Assembly: GCF_009914755.1 (NCBI RefSeq) | Contig: NC_060941.1 | Origin: the human T2T-CHM13v2.0 reference genome, Homo sapiens | Direction: 5' to 3' (one strand) | Length of the DNA: 64,000 bases | Part shown: piece by piece, positions 60,991 through 64,000 of the stretch | Layout: every line of letters begins with the position of its first letter | How positions within the stretch are numbered: the first letter of the stretch is position 1 | The notes under the pieces: model-generated | Database searches by the model: none | What the model was told of the DNA's origin: nothing | Seen by the model: the letters and a program-made list of their open reading frames with translations, nothing else | Made by a program: the position numbers and the translations under genes

Positions 60991-61780
60991 CGTTCCTCCA
61001 CCCCACGACCAGGTGAGGGCGAACGGGGAACTGCCTGAGCTCCGAGCCCGGAAGCTTCAAAATCAGAACGAGGAAGGTCGGTGAGGAGGCCACGCTCGCG
61101 GGACGGGGGCAGGAAGCGCAGCCGGAGCTGCAGATCTCGGCCGCGCCCCGCGGGCTCCAATCCCGAGCGTCCCCCGCACGCGCAGCCGCGCTCGCCCGCG
61201 GGGCCTAAGGGCTGCTCAGGGCGGAGACCCCGTAGGTGAGCCCGAGAGGCGGTGCGGGGCTGCGAACCCCGGAGCGAGAGAGGACTGGAGGGCGGGGTGA
61301 GGGGACGCGAGGACCCAGCCTGCACGGCGGGGCACCCTCCCCGCTGGCACCTACCACGTGGGCCTGCATGGCCTGGCTCTCCTCGGACGCCCCGCCCACG
61401 CCGGCTCCGCTCATCCCGCCGCTTCGGCCTACGGCGCCTGCGCGGGCGGCACCAGGAGGCGGGTCTGAGGCCAGGCAATCTCCGATTGGTGCAGAGCGGC
61501 GTCCATAGGGGTGGGCCTCCCGGAGGGGCGTGGAAGGGGCGGGGCTGCTCGGCGCGGGGCGGGGCCGGGAGGTCGCCGCCTCAGTCTTCCGCCCTGGGCC
61601 ACGCCCCGGTCCCGGGTCACCTCTCGGAGCCGCCTCCTTGGCCCGTGGAAGCCTCCTGCTCTCCCCTAGGGCGCGCGTCACAATCTCTGGTCCCCCGTAG
61701 ACGCCGCCGCGGGGAAGGCGGGGCTGTGCGAGGGCGCCGCGCTGCAAACCCAAGCCAGGCGGCCTGGAGTTGCTGTAAAG
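60700..61780. promoter_or_regulatory. CpG island / B3GNTL1 promoter with CCAAT box and GC boxes
   Basis: Dense CpG around exon 1. ATTGG at 61485-61489 (CCAAT on the gene strand). GGGGCGGGG at 61536-61544 and 61556-61564. No obvious TATA box. Confidence 0.85.
61355..61414 (-). CDS. B3GNTL1: B3GNTL1/QTGAL coding exon 1 (MSGAGVGGASEESQAMQAHV)
   Basis: ATG at 61414 and a second in-frame ATG at 61369, in a CpG island. Donor GTG|gtaggt, phase 0, joins exon 2 in frame. Matches the B3GNTL1 N-terminus as I recognise it. Confidence 0.9.
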
Positions 61781-61934
61781 CCTCAAGCAAGGCTGATATG
61801 TAAAAGGTCGTTGCATTTCACCCGGGCTGTGGGCTGTGCTACTTGACCGGGGAGGACGAGGGGACTGCAGGGCGTCCTTTCAGACAGACGCGGTAGGGAG
61901 AGCAGGGCGTGCAGGACACTTGACGGCCCCAGGA

Positions 61935-62660
61935 GAGGGGTGAGGCCCTGACCCCACCGGGGTGTCATCCAGGAGGAAGGGTGCCCGGGGCGAGGTCCCC
62001 CAGGAGAAGTGCCCAGGCCTGAGGCCTTGACCCCACTGAGATGTCCCCCCAGGAGGAGGGGTGCCCGGGGTTAGCTCCCCTAGGAGGAGGGGTACCCGGG
62101 AGTGAGGCCCTGACCCCACCGCGAGGTCCCCCAGGAGGAGGGGTGCCCAGGAGTGAGGCCCTGACCCCACCAGGAGGTCCTCCAGGAGGAGGGGTGCCCA
62201 GGAGTGAGGCCCTCACCCCACCGTGAGGTCCCCCAGAAGGAGGGGTGCCCAGGAGTGAGACCCTGACCCCACCAGGAGGTCCCCCAGGAGGAGGGGTGCC
62301 CGGGAGTGAGGCCCTGACCCCACCGCGAGGTCCCCCAGGAGGAGGGGTGCCCAGGAGTGAGGCCCTGACCCCACCAGGAGGTCCCCCAGGAGGAGGGGTG
62401 CCCGGGAGTGAGGCCCTGACCCCACCGCGAGGTCCCCCAGGAGGAGGGGTGCCCAGGAGTGAGACCCTGACCCCACCAGGAGGTCCCCCAGGAGGAGGGG
62501 TGCCCGGGAGTGAGGCCCTGACCCCACCGCGAGGTCCCCCAGGAGGAGGGGTGCCCGGGAGTGAGGCCCTGACCCCACCGTGAGGTCCTCCAGGAGGAGG
62601 GGTGCCCGGGAGTGAGGCCCTGACCCCACCGTGAGGTCCCCCAGGAGAAGGGGTGCCTGG
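61935..62660. repeat. 51-bp VNTR upstream of the promoter (~11 clean copies plus degenerate ones)
   Basis: Unit gggagtgaggccctgaccccaccgcgaggtcccccaggaggaggggtgccc. Confidence 0.96.
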
Positions 62661-64000
62661 GGAAAGACATGACCTCAGTAGCTCCGGGTACCCTCCACCT
62701 TTGCCCTCATTTCCGCCTCCGCATGCAGCCTTGGGAACTGCAGGGCTGGGAACCCGGAGAAGGCGGCCGGGCTCTGGGGGAGCTCAGAGGTGGCCTTCCC
62801 TGCCAGGAACACAGGCCAGGCCCCATCCCTATCTAACCTTATACTTGAGGAGCACAGAGCGGATATCTCCAGATTTGAGTCCTGAACGCGCGGCCGGGAA
62901 CCCCAGCAGTTCTGAACTTGTCAAGGGAGCAGCCTGCCATGAGGGGTCTCCCAGGCGGCTGTGAGGCCTCTGGAAACTCCCTGCTTGGAGGAGGTTGACT
63001 GGGGACAGGGCCGTGGGGGTCAATAAAAAGGACTGCTGCCATTAGCCCTGGGCTGCCTGCACACAGAGATTAAGCCCGCTTGGGATTTGTTCCAGCTGAT
63101 CTGAAGTAATGAGTAATTCACAATTAATGAGCATGGCTGTAAGCAGCCCTTCCTGGACAAATCCTTGGCTGTCCAAAACTAAGATTAAATGCAAATCATT
63201 CTGTCAATTAACCGTTACAACAAAGCCAAACTTCTGTTAAGCATCACTTCATAGATGGTTTTTTTTCCCTTAAATTGCCTCCTTGTTTGCAAAGCCTGTT
63301 TTACAAGTGGACTGCTTAAGTCACATGAGTGAAAATGCAGCCTTATTTACCGTTCAGCAAAAGCTATCTGAGAATTTGCTTCCAGGGACTTCATGTTCTC
63401 CAGAGGTTGGGGTACTAGGAATCATTTCATTGTAAAGGACTCAGTAAAAAGTAGCCCTGTAGCTGCCAGAATGCGCCGTAGGCTCATGATAAGGTAGGTG
63501 GTAAGGGCCAGAGGTCAGGGGTCACAGATGGCTTCTGCCCCTCCACAGCACATGGTGTCCAGAACTGGGCTTGCCTCTCACCTTCCTTCCTGTACATTTC
63601 CTGGTGCCAGAAATTTGCTTTTCACTGACTTCCCCCTAATTCAAATTTGATTAGAATCTCCTTTTTGGGAACATTCAAAGTGCCAAGGTGCGTTTCAGAA
63701 ATGCAGGGTTGCAGAGGTGGGGTCCTGAAATCCAAGGGTGGTGGGGCCTGAGATCACTGCCCTCGCAGTAGGAAGATCCTCGGGGAGAGGTCAGCAGAGG
63801 GCCCGGACAGAAGGCACTGACACTGTACCCTGGAGAGAGACAGGAAGGAGGACCTGGGGCCTCAGAGCTGGCCGGGTGGAGATCGTGTGGTCTTCGTTCA
63901 GAGGGAAGTGAGGTGCTGATGAAAGATGATTGACGTCACGTGGGCACCAGCAGAGGAAGTGACACAAAACGCCCCACAGCTTTGGGTTCACTGAGTGGGC

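Noticed and set aside
60354-61478. 374-aa minus-strand ORF overlapping exon 1
   Set aside because: Wrong frame relative to the spliced GT2 ORF; explained by GC-rich CpG-island and repeat sequence.
61429-61506. Possible uORF (MDAALHQSEIAW...)
   Set aside because: Its ATG lies upstream of the CCAAT box and is probably not transcribed; the TSS cannot be determined from sequence alone.
62080-62670. Collagen-like or Pro/Gly-rich ORFs
   Set aside because: Translations of the 51-bp VNTR.

Overview
Human-like (Alu/L1-rich, GC-rich, subtelomeric-type) genomic DNA containing the 5' half of B3GNTL1 (QTGAL, queuosine-tRNA galactosyltransferase; GT2/GT-A fold; recognised as chr17q25.3) on the minus strand. 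I reconstructed six coding exons with GT-AG boundaries and consistent phases: 61355-61414, 58287-58403, 58089-58188, 44653-44717, 23606-23671 and 14461-14556. The remaining exons lie left of the window. A CpG-island promoter lies at about 60.7-61.8 kb. The introns hold a near full-length old L1 with a recognisable TSD, many L1M relics, about 22 Alus, MaLR/ERV1 LTRs, an ERVL integrase/dUTPase relic, a MuDR (Ricksha-like) transposase relic, Tigger/MER DNA elements and about 15 minisatellites. Almost all long ORFs in the supplied track are VNTR, Alu or L1 artefacts. The most interesting unexplained structures are: (1) an 89-bp non-Alu inverted repeat that abuts a GC-box VNTR and carries a consensus splice donor; (2) several minisatellites amplified from GC-shifted L1 relics; (3) inverted Alus tightly bracketing exons 2-3, with exon blocks that would give stop-free circles; (4) VNTRs forming arrays of E-box motifs. 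No prokaryotic-type system or CRISPR array is present. Repeat subfamily names are from recognition, not a database search.
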